Positions 10,735 to 24,678 are shown, counted from the whole stretch's first letter. The stretch is 62,685 bases of DNA, filler included, from Chiloscyllium plagiosum (GCF_004010195.1; 5 parts of one record of this genome joined end to end with filler, not necessarily neighbours in it); one strand, 5' to 3'. Notes: generated from the sequence alone by a model not told the origin. Numbers and translations are program-made.

Positions 10735-13700
10735 GATGGATGGCAGTTATAGGAAAGGGGGAAAGTCTTAGATACAGTCACATAGATGGGTTAACTCCAG
10801 GAAGGGTAAGAGAGGTAGGCATCTAGGGCAGGAGACTTTTGTGGATATACCCAGTTCAAACAGATATGCTGTTTTGGAAAATGTAGGGGGTGATGGATTC
10901 TCAGGAGAATGTAGTACCTGTTATTGAGACTGGCTCTAATGCAATGAGGGGTACGTTGGCTTCCGAGAGATCAATTGTGTTAGGGGATTCTGTAGTCCGA
11001 GGTACAGACAGACGTTTCTGTGGCCAGCAGAGTAAAAGCAGAATGGTGTGTTGTTTCCCTGGTGCCAGGATCAAGGATGTCACGGAGATGGTGCAGAATG
11101 TTCTCACAGGGAAGGGGGGCCAGCAAGAGGTCATTGTCCACATTGAAGCCAATGACATAGGAAGGGAAAAGATTGAGATTCTGAAGGGAGATTACAGAGA
11201 GTTAGGCGGAAATTTAAAAAGGAGGTCCTCAAGGGTAGTAACATCTGGATTACTCCCAGTGCTACGAGCTAGTGAGGGCAGGAATAGGAGGATAGAGCAG
11301 ATGAATGCATGGCTGAGGAGCTGGTGTATGGGAGAAGGATTCACATTTTTGGATACTAAATTGCCCGTAGTGTTAGGTAAGGGGTAAATGTAGGGGTATG
11401 GGTGGGTTACGCTTCAGCGGGTCGGTGTGGACTTGTTGGGCCGAAGGGCCTGTTTCCACACTGTAATCTAATCTAATCTAATCTAATCTAATATACTGGC
11501 AGGGAAATTTGCTAGAACTGCTCGGGAAGATTTAAACTAGTGAGGGGTGGGGGACCCAGGGAGATAGTGAGGAAAGAGATCAATCTGAGACTGGTACAGT
11601 TGAGAACAGAAATGAGTCAAACAGTCAGGGCAGGCAGGGACAAGGTAGGGCTAATAAATTAAACTGCATTTATTTCAATGCAAAGGGCCTAACAGGGAAG
11701 GCAGATGAACTCAGGGCATGGTTAGGGGCATGGTTAGGAACATGTGACTGGAATATCATAGCAATTACAGAAACATGGCTCAGGGCTGGGCAGGACTGGC
11801 AGCTTAATATTCCAGGATACAAATGCTACAGGAAGGATAGAAAGGGAGGCAAGAGAGGAGGGGGAGTGGCATTTTTGATAAGGGATAGCATTACAGCTGT
11901 GCTGAGGGAGGATATTCCCAGAAATACATCCAGAGAAGTTATTTGGATGGAACTGAGAAATAAGAAAGGGATGATCACCTTACTGGGATTGTATTATAGA
12001 CCCCCTAATAGTCAGAGCGAAATGAGAAACAAACTTGTAAGGAGATCTCAGCTATCTGTAAGAATAATAGGGTAATTATGGTAGGAGATTTTAACTTTCC
12101 AAACATCGACTGGTACTGCCATAGTGTTAAAGGTGTAGATGGAGAGGAATTTCTTAAGTGTGTACAAGACAATTTGCTGATTCAGTAAGTGGATGTACCT
12201 ACCAGAGAAGGTGCAAAACTTGACCTACTCTTGGGAAACAAGACAGGACAGATGACTGAGGTGTCAGTGGGGTGCACTTTGGGGCCAGCGACTATAATTC
12301 TATTCGCTTTAAAATAGTGATGGAAAAGGATAGGCCAGATCTAAAAATTGAAGTTCTAAATTGGAGAAAGGCCAATTTTGACGGTATTAGGCAAGAACTG
12401 TCAAATGCTGATTGGAGGCAGATAGTCGCAGGTAAAGGGACGGCTGGAAAATGGGAAGCCTTCAGAAATTAGATAACAAGAATCCATGTTAGGGTGAAAG
12501 GAAAGGCTGGTAGGTATAGGGAATGCTGGATGACTAAAGAAATTGAGTGTTTGGTAAAGAAAAAGAAGGAAGCATATGTCAGGTATAGACAGGATAGATC
12601 AAGTGAATTTTTAGAAGAGTATAAAGGAAGTAGGAGTATACTTAAGAAGGAAATCAGGAGGGCAAAAGGGGGACATGAGATAGCTTTGCCAAATAGAATT
12701 AAGGAGAATCCAAAGGGGTTTTACAAATATATTAAGGACAAAAGGGTAACTAGGGAGAGAATAGGGNNNNNNNNNNNNNNNNNNNNNNNNNNNNNNNNNN
12801 NNNNNNNNNNNNNNNNNNNNNNNNNNNNNNNNNNNNNNNNNNNNNNNNNNNNNNNNNNNNNNNNNNNNNNNNNNNNNNNNNNNNNNNNNNNNNNNNNNNN
12901 NNNNNTGGATGTCTTGAAATGGTTAAAGGTGGATAAATCCCCAGGACCTGATCAGGTGCACCCGAGAACTCTGTGGGAAGCCAGAGAAGTGATTGCTGGG
13001 CCTCTTGCTGAGATATTTGTATCATCGATAGTCACAGGTGAGATGCCGGAAGACTGGAGGTTGGCAAACGTGGTGCCACTGTTTAAGAAGGGTGGTAAAG
13101 CCAAGCCAGGGAACTATAGACCGGTGAGCCTGACCACAGTGGTGGACAACTTATTGGAGGGAATCCTGAGGGACAGGATGTACACATATTTGGAAAGGCA
13201 AGGACTGATTAGGGATAGTCAACATGGCTTTGTGCGTGGGAAATCATGTCTCACAAACTTGATTGAGTTTTTTGAAGAAGTAACAAAGAAGATTGATGAG
13301 GGCAGAGCAGTAGATGTGATCTATATGGACTTCAGTAAGGCGTTCGACAAGGTTCCCCATGGGAGACTGATTAGCAAGGTTAGATCTCATGGAATACAGG
13401 GAGAACTAGCCATTTGGATACAGAATTGGCTCAAAGGTACAAGACAAAGGGTGGTGGTGGAGGGTTGTTTTTCAGTCTGGAGTGCCACAAGGGTTAGTGC
13501 TGGATCCTCTACTTTTTGTCATTTACATAAACGATTTGGATGCGAGCACAAGAGGTACAGTTAGTAAATTTGCAGATGACACCAAAACTGGAGGACAGCG
13601 AAGAGGGTTACCTCAGATTACAACAGGATCGAGACCAGATGGGCCAATGGGCTGAGAAGTGGCAGATGGAGTTTAATTCAGATAAATGTGAGGTGCCGCA

Positions 13701-14465
13701 TTTTGGGAAAGCAAATCTTAGCAGGACTTAGACACTTAATGGTAAGGTCCTAGGGAGTGTTGCTGAACAAAAAGACCTTGGAGTGCAGGTTCATAGTTCC
13801 TTGAAAGTGGAGTTGCAGTTAGATAGGATAGTGAAGAAGGCGTTTGGTATGCTTTCCTTTATTGGTCAGAGTATTGAGTACAGGATTTGGGAGGCCTTGT
13901 TGTTGCTGCAGGACATTGGTTAGGCCACTGTTGGAATATTGCGTGCAATTCTGGGCTCCTTCCTTTCGGAAAGATGTTGTGAAACTTGAAAGGGTTCAGA
14001 AAAAAATTACAAGGATTTGCCAGGGTTGGAGGATTTGAGCTATAGGGAGAGGCTGAACAGGCTGGAGCTGTTTTCCCTGAAGCATCGGAGGCTGAGGGGT
14101 GACAAAATTATGAGGTGCATGGATAGGATAAATAGGCAAAGTCTTTTCCCTGGGGTGGAGGAATCCAGAACTAGAGGGCATAGGTTTAGGGTGAGAGGGG
14201 AAAGATATAAAATAGACCTAAGGGGCAACTTTTCATGCAGAGGGTGGTACGTGTATGGAATGAGCTACCAGAGGAAGTGGTGGAGGCTGATACAATTGCA
14301 AAATTTAAGAGGCATTTGGATGGGTATATGCATAGGATGGGTTTGGAGGGATCTAGGCCGGGTGCTGGCAAGTGGGACTAGATTGGGTTGGGATATCTGG
14401 TCAGCATGGACGGGTTGGACCGAAGGGTCTGTTTCCATGCTGTACATCTCTATGACTCTATGACT
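10735..14465 (+). mobile_element. Near full-length CR1 LINE (ORF1 esterase, ORF2 EN-RT), disrupted
   Basis: ORF1 shows VLGDSVVRG...CCFPGARI...VHI..NDI (SGNH esterase-like). The endonuclease shows AITETW, GLYYRPP and GDFNFP. RT motifs lie at 12907-14250, followed by a (ctatgact)n tail. Confidence 0.95.
11355..11492 (+). mobile_element. HE1-type SINE 3' portion inserted in the CR1
   Basis: ctaaattgccc...gggtcggtgtggacttgttgggccgaagggcctgtttccacactgt followed by an (aatct)n tail. Matches the 3' part of 52655-52943. Confidence 0.65.
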
Positions 14466-15269
14466 TTTTACAAAGTACTTCATAGCCTGTTATGTGCTTC
14501 TTATGACGTCGCTGTGCAATTGATCAAACCACTTCTACTTTCATGCATTAGTGAAATTCAAGTTTCCATGTGAATAAATAATTTCTTGAGGATGACCCAA
14601 CACCAATAGTATACATTCAAAATATAGTCACTGTTGTAACTTGGGAAATATATCAGTTAATTTATGAATGGCAATATACCAAAACAGGAATGAGAGAATT
14701 TATTTTTTCATTCAGAGGACACGGGGTTCGGTTGGCTAGACCAACATTTCTTGTTCTCGAGAAGGTGATGATAAGCTGCTTTCATGAACTACTGTAGCCC
14801 TTTATAGAAACAACCAGAGTGCTGTTAAGAAGGAAGTTCCAGAATTTTGACAGTAAAGGAACAATGATACAGTTCTAAATTAGGATGGTGCATAGTATGG
14901 GCTTACCAATTTACTCTGCTTCTGGTCATGATAAAGGTTACCTCTATCATCTATTTTAAGTGTAAGAATCTGCAGAGCCTGCTTAGACTAACATGGTAGA
15001 GGAAAACCATTTCCTGGTCTAATTAGAAGAATTCCATGTGGTTAACAAGATATAGATTATTTAATGTTAGCAACTAGTTACATTGATATGATGGACATGA
15101 TCATTGTAGAGTTAAGATTGTAAGACACAGAATTTATAGCAAAAGTTTACAGTGTGATGCAACTGAAATTATATTTTGAAAAAGACCAGTTGAGTTTCTC
15201 ATTTTCATTATACTCCACAACCATCTAATGAAGGAGCAGCACTCCAAAGGCTAGTGCTTCCAAATAAAC

Positions 15270-16935
15270 AATAGACAATAGACAATAGGTGCAGGAGTAG
15301 GCCATTCTGCCCTTCGAGCCTGCACCACCATTCAATATGATCATGGCTGATCATCCTTAATCAGTATCCTGTTCCTGCCTTATCTCCATAACCCTTGATT
15401 CCACTATCCTTGAGAGCTCTATCCAACTCTTTCTTAAATGAATCCAGAGACTGGGCCTCCACTGCCCTCTGGGGCAGAGCATTCCACACAGCCACCACTC
15501 TCTGGGTGAAGAAGTTTCTCCCCATCTCTGTCCTAAATGGTCTACCCCGTATTTTTAAGCTGTGTCCTCTGATTCGGGACTCACCCATTAGCGGAAACAT
15601 GTTTCCTGCTGCCAGAGTGTCCAATCCTTTAATAATCAGATCCCTTCTCAGCCTTCTAAACTCAAGGGTATACAAGCCAGTCGCTCAGTCTTTCAGCATA
15701 AGGTAGTCCTGCCATTCCAGGAATTGANNNNNNNNNNNNNNNNNNNNNNNNNNNNNNNNNNNNNNNNNNNNNNNNNNNNNNNNNNNNNNNNNNNNNNNNN
15801 NNNNNNNNNNNNNNNNNNNNNNNNNNNNNNNNNNNNNNNNNNNNNNNNNNNNNNNNNNNNNNNNNNNNNNNNNNNNNNNNNNNNNNNNNNNNNNNNNNNN
15901 NNNNNNNNNNNNNNNNNNNNNNNNNNNNNNNNNNNNNNNNNNNNNNNNNNNNNNNNNNNNNNNNNNNNNNNNNNNNNNNNNNNNNNNNNNNNNNNNNNNN
16001 NNNNNNNNNNNNNNNNNNNNNNNNNNNNNNNNNNNNNNNNNNNNNNNNNNNNNNNNNNNNNNNNNNNNNNNNNNNNNNNNNNNNNNNNNNNNNNNNNNNN
16101 NNNNNNNNNNNNNNNNNNNNNNNNNNNNNNNNNNNNNNNNNNNNNNNNNNNNNNNNNNNNNNNNNNNNNNNNNNNNNNNNNNNNNNNNNNNNNNNNNNNN
16201 NNNNNNNNNNNNNNNNNNNNNNNNNNNNNNNNNNNNNNNNNNNNNNNNNNNNNNNNNNNNNNNNNNNNNNNNNNNNNNNNNNNNNNNNNNNNNNNNNNNN
16301 NNNNNNNNNNNNNNNNNNNNNNNNNNNNNNNNNNNNNNNNNNNNNNNNNNNNNNNNNNNNNNNNNNNNNNNNNNNNNNNNNNNNNNNNNNNNNNNNNNNN
16401 NNNNNNNNNNNNNNNNNNNNNNNNNNNNNNNNNNNNNNNNNNNNNNNNNNNNNNNNNNNNNNNNNNNNNNNNNNNNNTTTCCCGAGCCACCTGCTTCAGT
16501 ACCCTGGGATGCAGACCATCAGGCCCCGGAGGCTTATCAACCTTCAGACCTAACAGTTTCTCCAACACCAAATCCTGGCAAATATAAATTCCCTTAAGTT
16601 CAGGTCCTTCAGCCACTGTTACCTCAGGGAGATTGCTTGTGTCTTCCCCAGTGTACACAGATCTGAAGTACCAATTCAATTCTTCTGCCATTTCTTTGTT
16701 CCCCGTAATATATTCCCCTGTTTCTGTCTTCAAGGGCCCAATTTTAGTCTTAACCATTTTTTTGCCTTTCACATACCTAAAAAAGCTTTTACTATCCTCC
16801 TTTATATTATTGGCCAGTTTACCTTCGTCCCTCATTTTCTCTCTGCGTATTTCCTTCTTAGTAATCCTCTGCGGTTCTTTAAAAGCTTCCCAGTCCTCCA
16901 TTTTCCCACTTATCTTTGCTATGTTATACTATGTT
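15270..16935 (-). mobile_element. 5'-truncated CR1 LINE spanning a gap
   Basis: Minus-strand ORFs contain KPPGPDGLHPRVLK and LEFRRLRRDLI...NFFTQRVVAVWNALP. A (ctattgt)n tail reads as aatagacaatagac at 15270. Confidence 0.9.
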
Positions 16936-17889
16936 ATCCTGTTGGACTATAACCTGGTGTTGTGAGATTTTTAACTTTGTCCAACACTGGCACCTCCAGA
17001 TCATTACTGAAACAACTAAACAGTTATCAACGAGTTTCATCCCACCATCAAACTCACCATGGACTACTCTTTAGTATCTTTCTCATTCTTGGACACATGC
17101 ATCTCCATCAAGGATGGGCACCTCAGCACCTCACTCTACCGCAAACCCACGGATAATCTCACAATGCTCCACTTCTCCAGCTTTCATCCGAAACATACTA
17201 AAACAACCATTCCCTACTGACAAGCCCTATGTATACACAGGATCTGTTCAGATGAGGAGAAACATAACTGGCACTTGGAAGTACTCAAGGATGCCCTCAT
17301 AAAAACAGAGTACGATGTTCAAATCATTGACTGTTCCGACGTGCCACAGCGAGAAACTATAATGATCTCCTCAGGCGACAGACATGAGCTACAACCAACA
17401 GGGCACCCTTCATTCTGCAGTACTTCCCAGGAGCTGAAAAACTACACCATGTTCTTCGCAGTCTGCAACACATTATCAATGAGGATGAGCACTTCGCCAA
17501 GACCTTCCCCACGCCTCTACTTCTCACCTTTAAACGACCACCAAATCTCAAACAGATCATTATTCGGAGCAAACTGGCCAGCTTTCAGGACAAAACCATA
17601 TAACCCTGTCATGCAAGACGTTTCAGAATGTCAACACGGATATCACATTACATGTGGGGACACCTCCCATCATGTACGTGGCAGCTATTCATGTGACTCG
17701 GCCAATGTTGTCTATCTCATAAACTGCAGGCAGGGATGCCCTGAGGCATGGTATGTTGGTGAGACCATGCAGGGACTACGGCAACAGATGAATGGACATC
17801 ACACAACAATCAACAGCCAGGAGTGTTCCCTCCCAGTCAGAGAACACTTTAGCGGTCTGGGACATTCGACCTCGGACCTTTGGTGCAGA

Positions 17890-18232
17890 CTTTGGGGAGA
17901 AAGTGAGGTCTGCAGATGCTGGAGATCAGAGCTGAAAATGTGTTGCTGGAACAGCGCAGCAGGTCAGGCAGCATCTAGGGAACAGGAGAATCGACGTTTC
18001 GGGCATAAGCCCTTCTTCAGGAAAGCTGGCGTTTGGCCTCAGCGGTGTAAAGGTCGGTGCGCCAAACTACTACCGCGCCTCCCTTGTCTGCTGGTTTGAT
18101 AGTGAGGTTGGGGTTGCAACGGAGGGAGTGGAGGGCTGTGCGTTCCGAGGGTGAGAGGTTGGAGTGGGTGAGAGGGGTGGGGGAGTTCAGGTGGCGGTTA
18201 ATATCGCGGCGGCAGTTGGCTATGAAGAGGTC
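17890..18232 (-). mobile_element. Second PLE family insertion: RT N-terminal DKG segment joined to a hammerhead terminus
   Basis: Minus-strand peptide NLSPSERTALHSLRCNPNLTIKPADKGGAVVVW (PLE DKG motif) abuts cctgaagaagggcttatgcccgaaacgtcg. Confidence 0.8.
17990..18023 (-). ncRNA. Minimal hammerhead motif (PLE family B)
   Basis: The reverse complement reads TTC-CTGAAGA-A-GGGC(TTAT)GCCC-GAAA-CG-TC-GAT. Confidence 0.7.
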
Positions 18233-19139
18233 NNNNNNNNNNNNNNNNNNNNNNNNNNNNNNNNNNNNNNNNNNNNNNNNNNNNNNNNNNNNNNNNNNNN
18301 NNNNNNNNNNNNNNNNNNNNNNNNNNNNNNNNNNNNNNNNNNNNNNNNNNNNNNNNNNNNNNNNNNNNNNNNNNNNNNNNNNNNNNNNNNNNNNNNNNNN
18401 NNNNNNNNNNNNNNNNNNNNNNNNNNNNNNNNNNNNNNNNNNNNNNNNNNNNNNNNNNNNNNNNNNNNNNNNNNNNNNNNNNNNNNNNNNNNNNNNNNNN
18501 NNNNNNNNNNNNNNNNNNNNNNNNNNNNNNNNNNNNNNNNNNNNNNNNNNNNNNNNNNNNNNNNNNNNNNNNNNNNNNNNNNNNNNNNNNNNNNNNNNNN
18601 NNNNNNNNNNNNNNNNNNNNNNNNNNNNNNNNNNNNNNNNNNNNNNNNNNNNNNNNNNNNNNNNNNNNNNNNNNNNNNNNNNNNNNNNNNNNNNNNNNNN
18701 NNNNNNNNNNNNNNNNNNNNNNNNNNNNNNNNNNNNNNNNNNNNNNNNNNNNNNNNNNNNNNNNNNNNNNNNNNNNNNNNNNNNNNNNNNNNNNNNNNNN
18801 NNNNNNNNNNNNNNNNNNNNNNNNNNNNNNNNNNNNNNNNNNNNNNNNNNNNNNNNNNNNNNNNNNNNNNNNNNNNNNNNNNNNNNNNNNNNNNNNNNNN
18901 NNNNNNNNNNNNNNNNNNNNNNNNNNNNNNNNNNNNNNNNNNNNNNNNNNNNNNNNNNNNNNNNNNNNNNNNNNNNNNNNNNNNNNNNNNNNNNNNNNNN
19001 NNNNNNNNNNNNNNNNNNNNNNNNNNNNNNNNNNNNNNNNNNNNNNNNNNNNNNNNNNNNNNNNNNNNNNNNNNNNNNNNNNNNNNNNNNNNNNNNNNNN
19101 NNNNNNNNNNNNNNNNNNNNNNNNNNNNNNNNNNNNNNN

Positions 19140-19425
19140 CACACGCACCCTCTCACAGACACATACACATACACACACTCTCTCACAGACCCTCTTTCAT
19201 ACACTCACACATATACACCCACACGCACCCTCTCACAGACACATACACATACACACACTCTCTCACAGACCCTCTTTCATACACTCACACATACACACCC
19301 ACACGCACCCTCTCACAGACCTATATCCCTTTACACTCACACACACACATGCACATACACACACTCTCTCACTGACACTCATACCCCCCTAACATGCACA
19401 CACCCAAATGCACACACATTCACTT
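19140..19425. repeat. CA-rich minisatellite (~80-bp unit) inside the PLE 3' region
   Basis: The unit cacacgcaccctctcacagacacatacacat... repeats at 19140, 19220 and 19300. Confidence 0.85.
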
Positions 19426-19777
19426 AGAGGTTTATGGGGTGAATTTGTACTTGACAGATTACATTCTATTTTGCTCAAAAACTGCATTAATCCATGTAAG
19501 ACTCTGTAAATTCCTTTATTAGACTAGAATTCTCACATGGGACACCTCACACCTTCAATGTATTATCTAAGCTGTCATGGCACCTCTTCACTTGAGAATG
19601 TAACTTTAAAAAAAAGTTCTGGGATTTTCATATGAAAGAACTGAAACCAACATGGTCATTCTAAAAGATGAGAAACTTAACAAATAATCTAGGTCTTTTT
19701 CAACATATAATTTCAGTAACATCACACTGTAAACTTTTGCTATAAACTCTATGTCTTACAATCTTCTGTTCCACAAT

Positions 19778-19812
19778 CACCTGATGAAGGAGCAGCGCTC
19801 TGAAAGCTAGTG
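19778..19812 (+). ncRNA. Minimal hammerhead motif (PLE family C)
   Basis: CAC-CTGATGA-A-GGAGC(AGC)GCTCT-GAAA-GC-TA-GTG: palindromic AGCU stem III and CAC/GTG stem I. A degenerate sister copy lies at ~15222-15257. Confidence 0.7.
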
Positions 19813-21720
19813 CTTCCAAATAAACCTGTTAGACTACTACCTGGTGTTGTATAACTTTGTACACCCCAGTCCAACACCAGCACCTCCAAATTATGGACAT
19901 GATATGAAGACTATGAGGACAACCAGATGTTTAATCTTGCTTCTTTGAAATCCGATGCTATTTTTTTCTACAAGTCCAAGAGCCATCAGTGTGGATGGTT
20001 CTGATGCCACTCCTCAGTATTAATCCTTTAAGACCCACATGCAAGAGTGCAACTCAGAGGGAAATGTGCAAATTGCAGCATCTATTTTTCAGTGGCAGCA
20101 GCAACTCGAAGGGCAGGAACTTGGACCAGGGGAATATCGGGAGTGGTGAGTCACTGACTTGAGCTTTTATATTTGAAATCAGAGAGCAGAGGTTTCTGGG
20201 AAAGGAGGAACTTCTTTTTATTTCCGTCCAGCTATATAAGCCAGTGTTTTTTAAACTCGAGACCCTACCTTTGTAGGGCCTCCCACCCAACCACCTCCTC
20301 TAAAACACCAGGGACACATCAGGCAAGCTTCTCTTCTTTTTTTACTGTGATAAGGGGACTAGCAGGGATGGCAGTGCAGGAAGAGGAATGTTCCTCCTGC
20401 ATGATGCTTGAGGTAAGGGATGCCATTAGTGTCCCATCCAAGTACATCTGCAGGAAGTGCACCCAACTCTCGCTCCTCCAAGACTGTGTTAGGGAACTGG
20501 AGCAGGAGCTGGATGAACTTCGGATCATTTGGGAGGCAATGATTGTGACAGATAAGAGTTACAGAGATGTAGTTACTCCTAGACACGAAGAAAGCTAGGT
20601 GACTGTTCGAAGGGGGAAAAATAGTCAGTGGAGGGATCCCCTGTGATTGTTCCCCTGAAAAACATGTATACCATTTTGGATACTGTTGCAGGGGACGACT
20701 TACCAGGGGCATGCAGTGGGGCCCAGGTCTCTGGCACAGAGCCTGAGCCTGTTGCACAGAAGGGAAGGAGGGAAAGGAGGAGAGTGTTCGTCATTGGGGA
20801 CTCAATAGTTAAAGGGTCAGATAGAAGGTTTTTTTGGGAACGAACGAGACTCACAGTTGGTGTGTTGCCTCCCAGGTGCCAGGTTCCATGATGTCTCGGA
20901 CCGTATCTTTGGGGTCCTGAAGGGAGAGAGTGACCAGCCTTAAGTCGTGGTCCATGTAGGTACCAATGAAATAGTTAGAAAGAGGTATAGGGACGTAAGG
21001 CAGGATTTCAGGGAGCTAGGGTGGAAGCTGAGAGCTAGAACAAACAAAGTTGTTATCTCTGGTTTGTTACCCGTGCCACGTGATAGCAAGGCAAGGAATA
21101 GGGAGAGATATCCGCTGAAAACGTGGCTGCAAGGATGGTGCAGGAGGGAGGGTTTCAGGTACTTAGATAATTGGAGCTCATTCTGGGGAAGGTGGGACCT
21201 CTACAAACAGGACGGTCTTCACTTGAACCTGAGGGGTACTAATATCCTGGGTGGGAAATTTGCTGATGCTGTTTGGGTGGGTTTAAACCAGCTCAGCAGG
21301 GAGATGGGAACCTGAGGTTTAGTTCCAGTGCACAGAAGGATGATAGTATGGAGGACAGGGACAGGATTTCAGGGTCACAGGAATGTGCTGGCAGACAGCA
21401 AGCTGGTTTGAAGTGTGTCTACTTCAATACCAGAAGTATCTGAAATAAGGTAGGTGAGCTTGGAGCATGGATAGGTACTATCCACAACACTTCGATGTTA
21501 TGGCCATTTCGGAGACTTGGATAGAGCAGGGTGAGGAATGGATGTTGCAGGTGCCAGGGTTTAGATCTTTCATTAGGAACAGGCAAGGCGGTAAAAGAGG
21601 GGGAGATGTGATCTTGTTAGTCAAGGATAGTATAACGGTGGCTGAAAGAACTTTTAACGAGGACTTGTCTACTGAGGTAGTATGGGCTGAGGTTAGAAAC
21701 AGGAGAGGAGAGATCACACT

Positions 21721-22189
21721 TCAAAGTTTGTGAGAAGATTTGTAACCCGGATGCTCATTGTTGTGGTTCTGTTCGCCGAGCTGGGAATTTGTGTTGCAGA
21801 CGTTTCGTCCCCGGTCTAGGTGACATCCTCAGAGCTTGGGAGCCTCCTGTGAATCACTTCTGTGATGTTTCCTCAGGCATTTATAGTGGTTTGTCTCTGC
21901 TGCTTCCGGTTGTCTGTTCCAGCTGTCTGCTGCAGTGGCCGGTATATTGGGTCCAGGTCGATGTGTTTGTTGATAGAATCTGTGGATGAGTGCCATGCCT
22001 CTAGGAATTCCCTGGCTGTTCTCTATTTGGCTTGTCCTTTAATAGTAGTGTTGTCCCAGTCGAACTCATGTTGCTTGTCATCTGCGTGTGTGGCTACTAA
22101 GGATAGCTGGTCGTATCATTTCATGGCTAGTTGGTACTCATGGATACGGATCATTAGCTGTCGTCCTGTTTGTCCTATGTAGTGTTTGT
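21721..22189 (-). mobile_element. PLE family A 3' fragment with hammerhead (21796-21835)
   Basis: 9-bp TSD gatcacact (21712-21720 and 22190-22198), the HYIGQTGRQLMIRIHE peptide, and close similarity to 53-490. Confidence 0.88.
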
Positions 22190-22342
22190 GATCACACTGC
22201 TGGGAGTTTTTTATAGGCCTCCACAGAGTTCTAGGGAGGTGGAAGGGAGGATTGGCAAAATTATTCTGGGTAGGAGTGAAAGGAACAGGGTAGTCATTAT
22301 GGGGGACTTTAACTTCCCCAACATTGACTAGAAATGCAATAA

Positions 22343-22763
22343 GCTGGAAATGTGTTGCTGGAAAAGCGCAGCAGGTCAGGCAGCATCCAGGGAACAGGAG
22401 AATCGACGTTTCGGGCATAAGCCCTTCTTCAGGAATGGGGAAAGTTTGTCCAGCAGGCTAAGATAAAAGGTAGGGAGGAGGGACTTGGGGGAGGGGCGTC
22501 GGAAATGTGATAGGTGGAAAGAGGTCAAGGTGAGGGTGATAGGTCAGACTGGGGTAGGGGCGGAGAGGTCGGGAAGAAGATTGCAGGTTAGGAAGGCGGT
22601 GCTGAATTCGATGGATTTGACTGAGACAGGGTGGGGGGAGGGGAAATGAGGAAACTGGTGAAATCCGAGTTCATCCCTTGTGGTTGGAGGGTTCCTAGGC
22701 GGAAGATGAGGCGTTCTTCCTCCAACCGTCGTTTTGTTGTGGTCTGACGATGGAGGAGTCCAA
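22343..22763 (-). mobile_element. PLE family B 3' fragment with intact hammerhead core (22401-22436)
   Basis: TSD agaaatgc(a/t)ataa (22330-22342 and 22764-22776). Minus-strand endonuclease tail RRLEEERLIFRLGTLQPQGMN. Motif attcctgaagaagggcttatgcccgaaacgtcgatt. Confidence 0.85.
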
Positions 22764-24678
22764 AGAAATGCTATAACTCCAGTACATCAGATGGATCAGT
22801 TTTTGTCCAATGTGTACAGGAGGGTTTCCTGACACAGTATGTCAAAGGGCCAACAAGAATGGAGGCTACACTGGATCTGGTACTTGGTAGTGAACCAGGC
22901 CAGGTATTTGATTTAGTTGTAGGTGAGCACTTTGGAGAGAGTGACCATAATTCAATTACGTTTAGTTTAGCGATGGAAAGGGATAGGCACATGCCACAGG
23001 TCAAGAGTTATCGATGAGGCAAGAGCAATTATAATGTGATTAGGCAAGACCTAGGATGCATAGAATGGGGTAGCAAAATGCAGGGGATGCAGACAATGGG
23101 AATGTGGAGCTGGTTTAAGGAACAGATATTGGTGTCTTTGATAAGGCATGTCCCTGTCAGCCAGGGATGAAGTGATAAGGTAAGGGAACCGTGGTTTACT
23201 ACAGACGAGTTGTTGAGCAGAAGAAGAAGAAGGAGGCTTATGTGCTGATGAGGCAAGGTGGTTCAGATGAGGCGATGGAGAGTTACAGATCAGCTAGGAA
23301 GGATTTAAAGACAGAGTTAAGAAGAACAAAGAGCGGACACGAGCAGTCTTTAGCAGGTAGAATAAAGGAGAATCCTAAAGCTTTCTATAGTTATGTGAGG
23401 AATAAAAAGAGGACTAAGGTAGGAATAGGGCCAGTCAAAGACAGAAGTGGGAAGTTGAATGTGAACCCTGTGGAGATCAGAGAGGTGCTAAACAAACATT
23501 TCTCATCAGTTTTCACTCAGAAAAAGGAGAATATTGTAGAGGAGAAGAATGAGGTACGAGATATTAGACTAGAAAGGATCGAGGTTAGTTACGAGCAGGT
23601 GTTGTCTACTTTCACTCCTTCTAGAATAGATAAGTGCCCTAGGCTGGATGGGATTTATCCGAGGATTCTCTGGGAAGCTGGGGAGGAGATAGCAGAGCGT
23701 TTGGCTTTGATATTTGAGACATCATTATCTATAGGTTTAGTACCAGAGGACTGGAGGATTACAAATGTACCCTTGTTCAAGAAAGGCAGTAGAGATGACC
23801 TAGGTAATTATAGACCAGTAAGCCTTACTTCTGTTTTAAAAAAGGTTTTGGAAAGGATTATAAGAGATGAGATTTATAATCATCTAGCAAGCAACAATTT
23901 GATTTCAGATAGTCAACATGGTTTTATGAAGGGCAAGTCATGTCTCACAAACCTCATTGAGTTTTTTGAGAAGGTGACCAAGCATGTAGATGAGTAGGGC
24001 AGTTGACGTGGTATACATGGACTTCAGTAAAGCCTTTGATAAGGTTTCACATGGTAGGGTGTTGGAGAAAATGCAGAGGCATGGAATTGAGGGTGATTTA
24101 GCAGTTTGGATTAGAAACTGGCTTTCTGAAAGAAGGCAGTGAGTGGTGGTTGATGCAAAATATTCAGTCTGGAGTCCAGTTACTAGTGGTGTGCCACAAG
24201 GATCTGTTTTGGGACCACTGCTGTTTGTCATTTTTATAAATGACTTAGACGCAGGCATAGGTGGATGGATTAGTAAATTGCAGGGGGATTTGGATAAACT
24301 GCAGAATTGAGCTCAGAGTTGGCAAATGGAGTTCAATGCAGCTAAATATGAGGTGATGCACTTTGGGAAGAATAATAGAAAGGCAGAGTATAGGTCAATG
24401 GAAAGATTCTTGGTAGTGTGGATGTGCAGAGGGATCTTGGAGTCCATGTACATAGATCCCTGAAAGTTGCCACCCAGGTTGATAGTGCTGTTAAGAAGGC
24501 ATACAGTGTTTTAGGTTTCATTGGTAGAGGGATTGAGTTCCAGAGCCGCAATATCATGCTGCAAATACGTAACGCTAGGGCGGCCATACTTGGAATATTG
24601 TGTACAGTTCTGGTCGCCATATTTTGGGAAGGATGTGGAAGCATTGGAAAAAGTGCAGAGGATATTTACCAGGATGTT

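Larger units (their letters stand above)
15101..19892 (+). mobile_element. Composite Penelope-like element: upstream pLTR (split by a CR1), truncated RT-GIY-YIG body, and 3' pLTR
   Basis: RT remnant FHPTIKLTMDYS..SFLD...LYRKPTDNLTMLHFSSFHPKH and GIY-YIG remnant NVVYLINC...WYVGETMQGLRQQMNGH at 17005-17881. The terminal block at 15205-15269 plus 16938-16998 repeats 19770-19892. Bases 15101-15187 are an inverted copy of 19692-19780. Confidence 0.8.

Noticed and set aside
15693..19427. Long ORFs of 265-456 aa in the track (also 54261-55160)
   Set aside because: They are open only because they run through N gaps or CA-repeat sequence.
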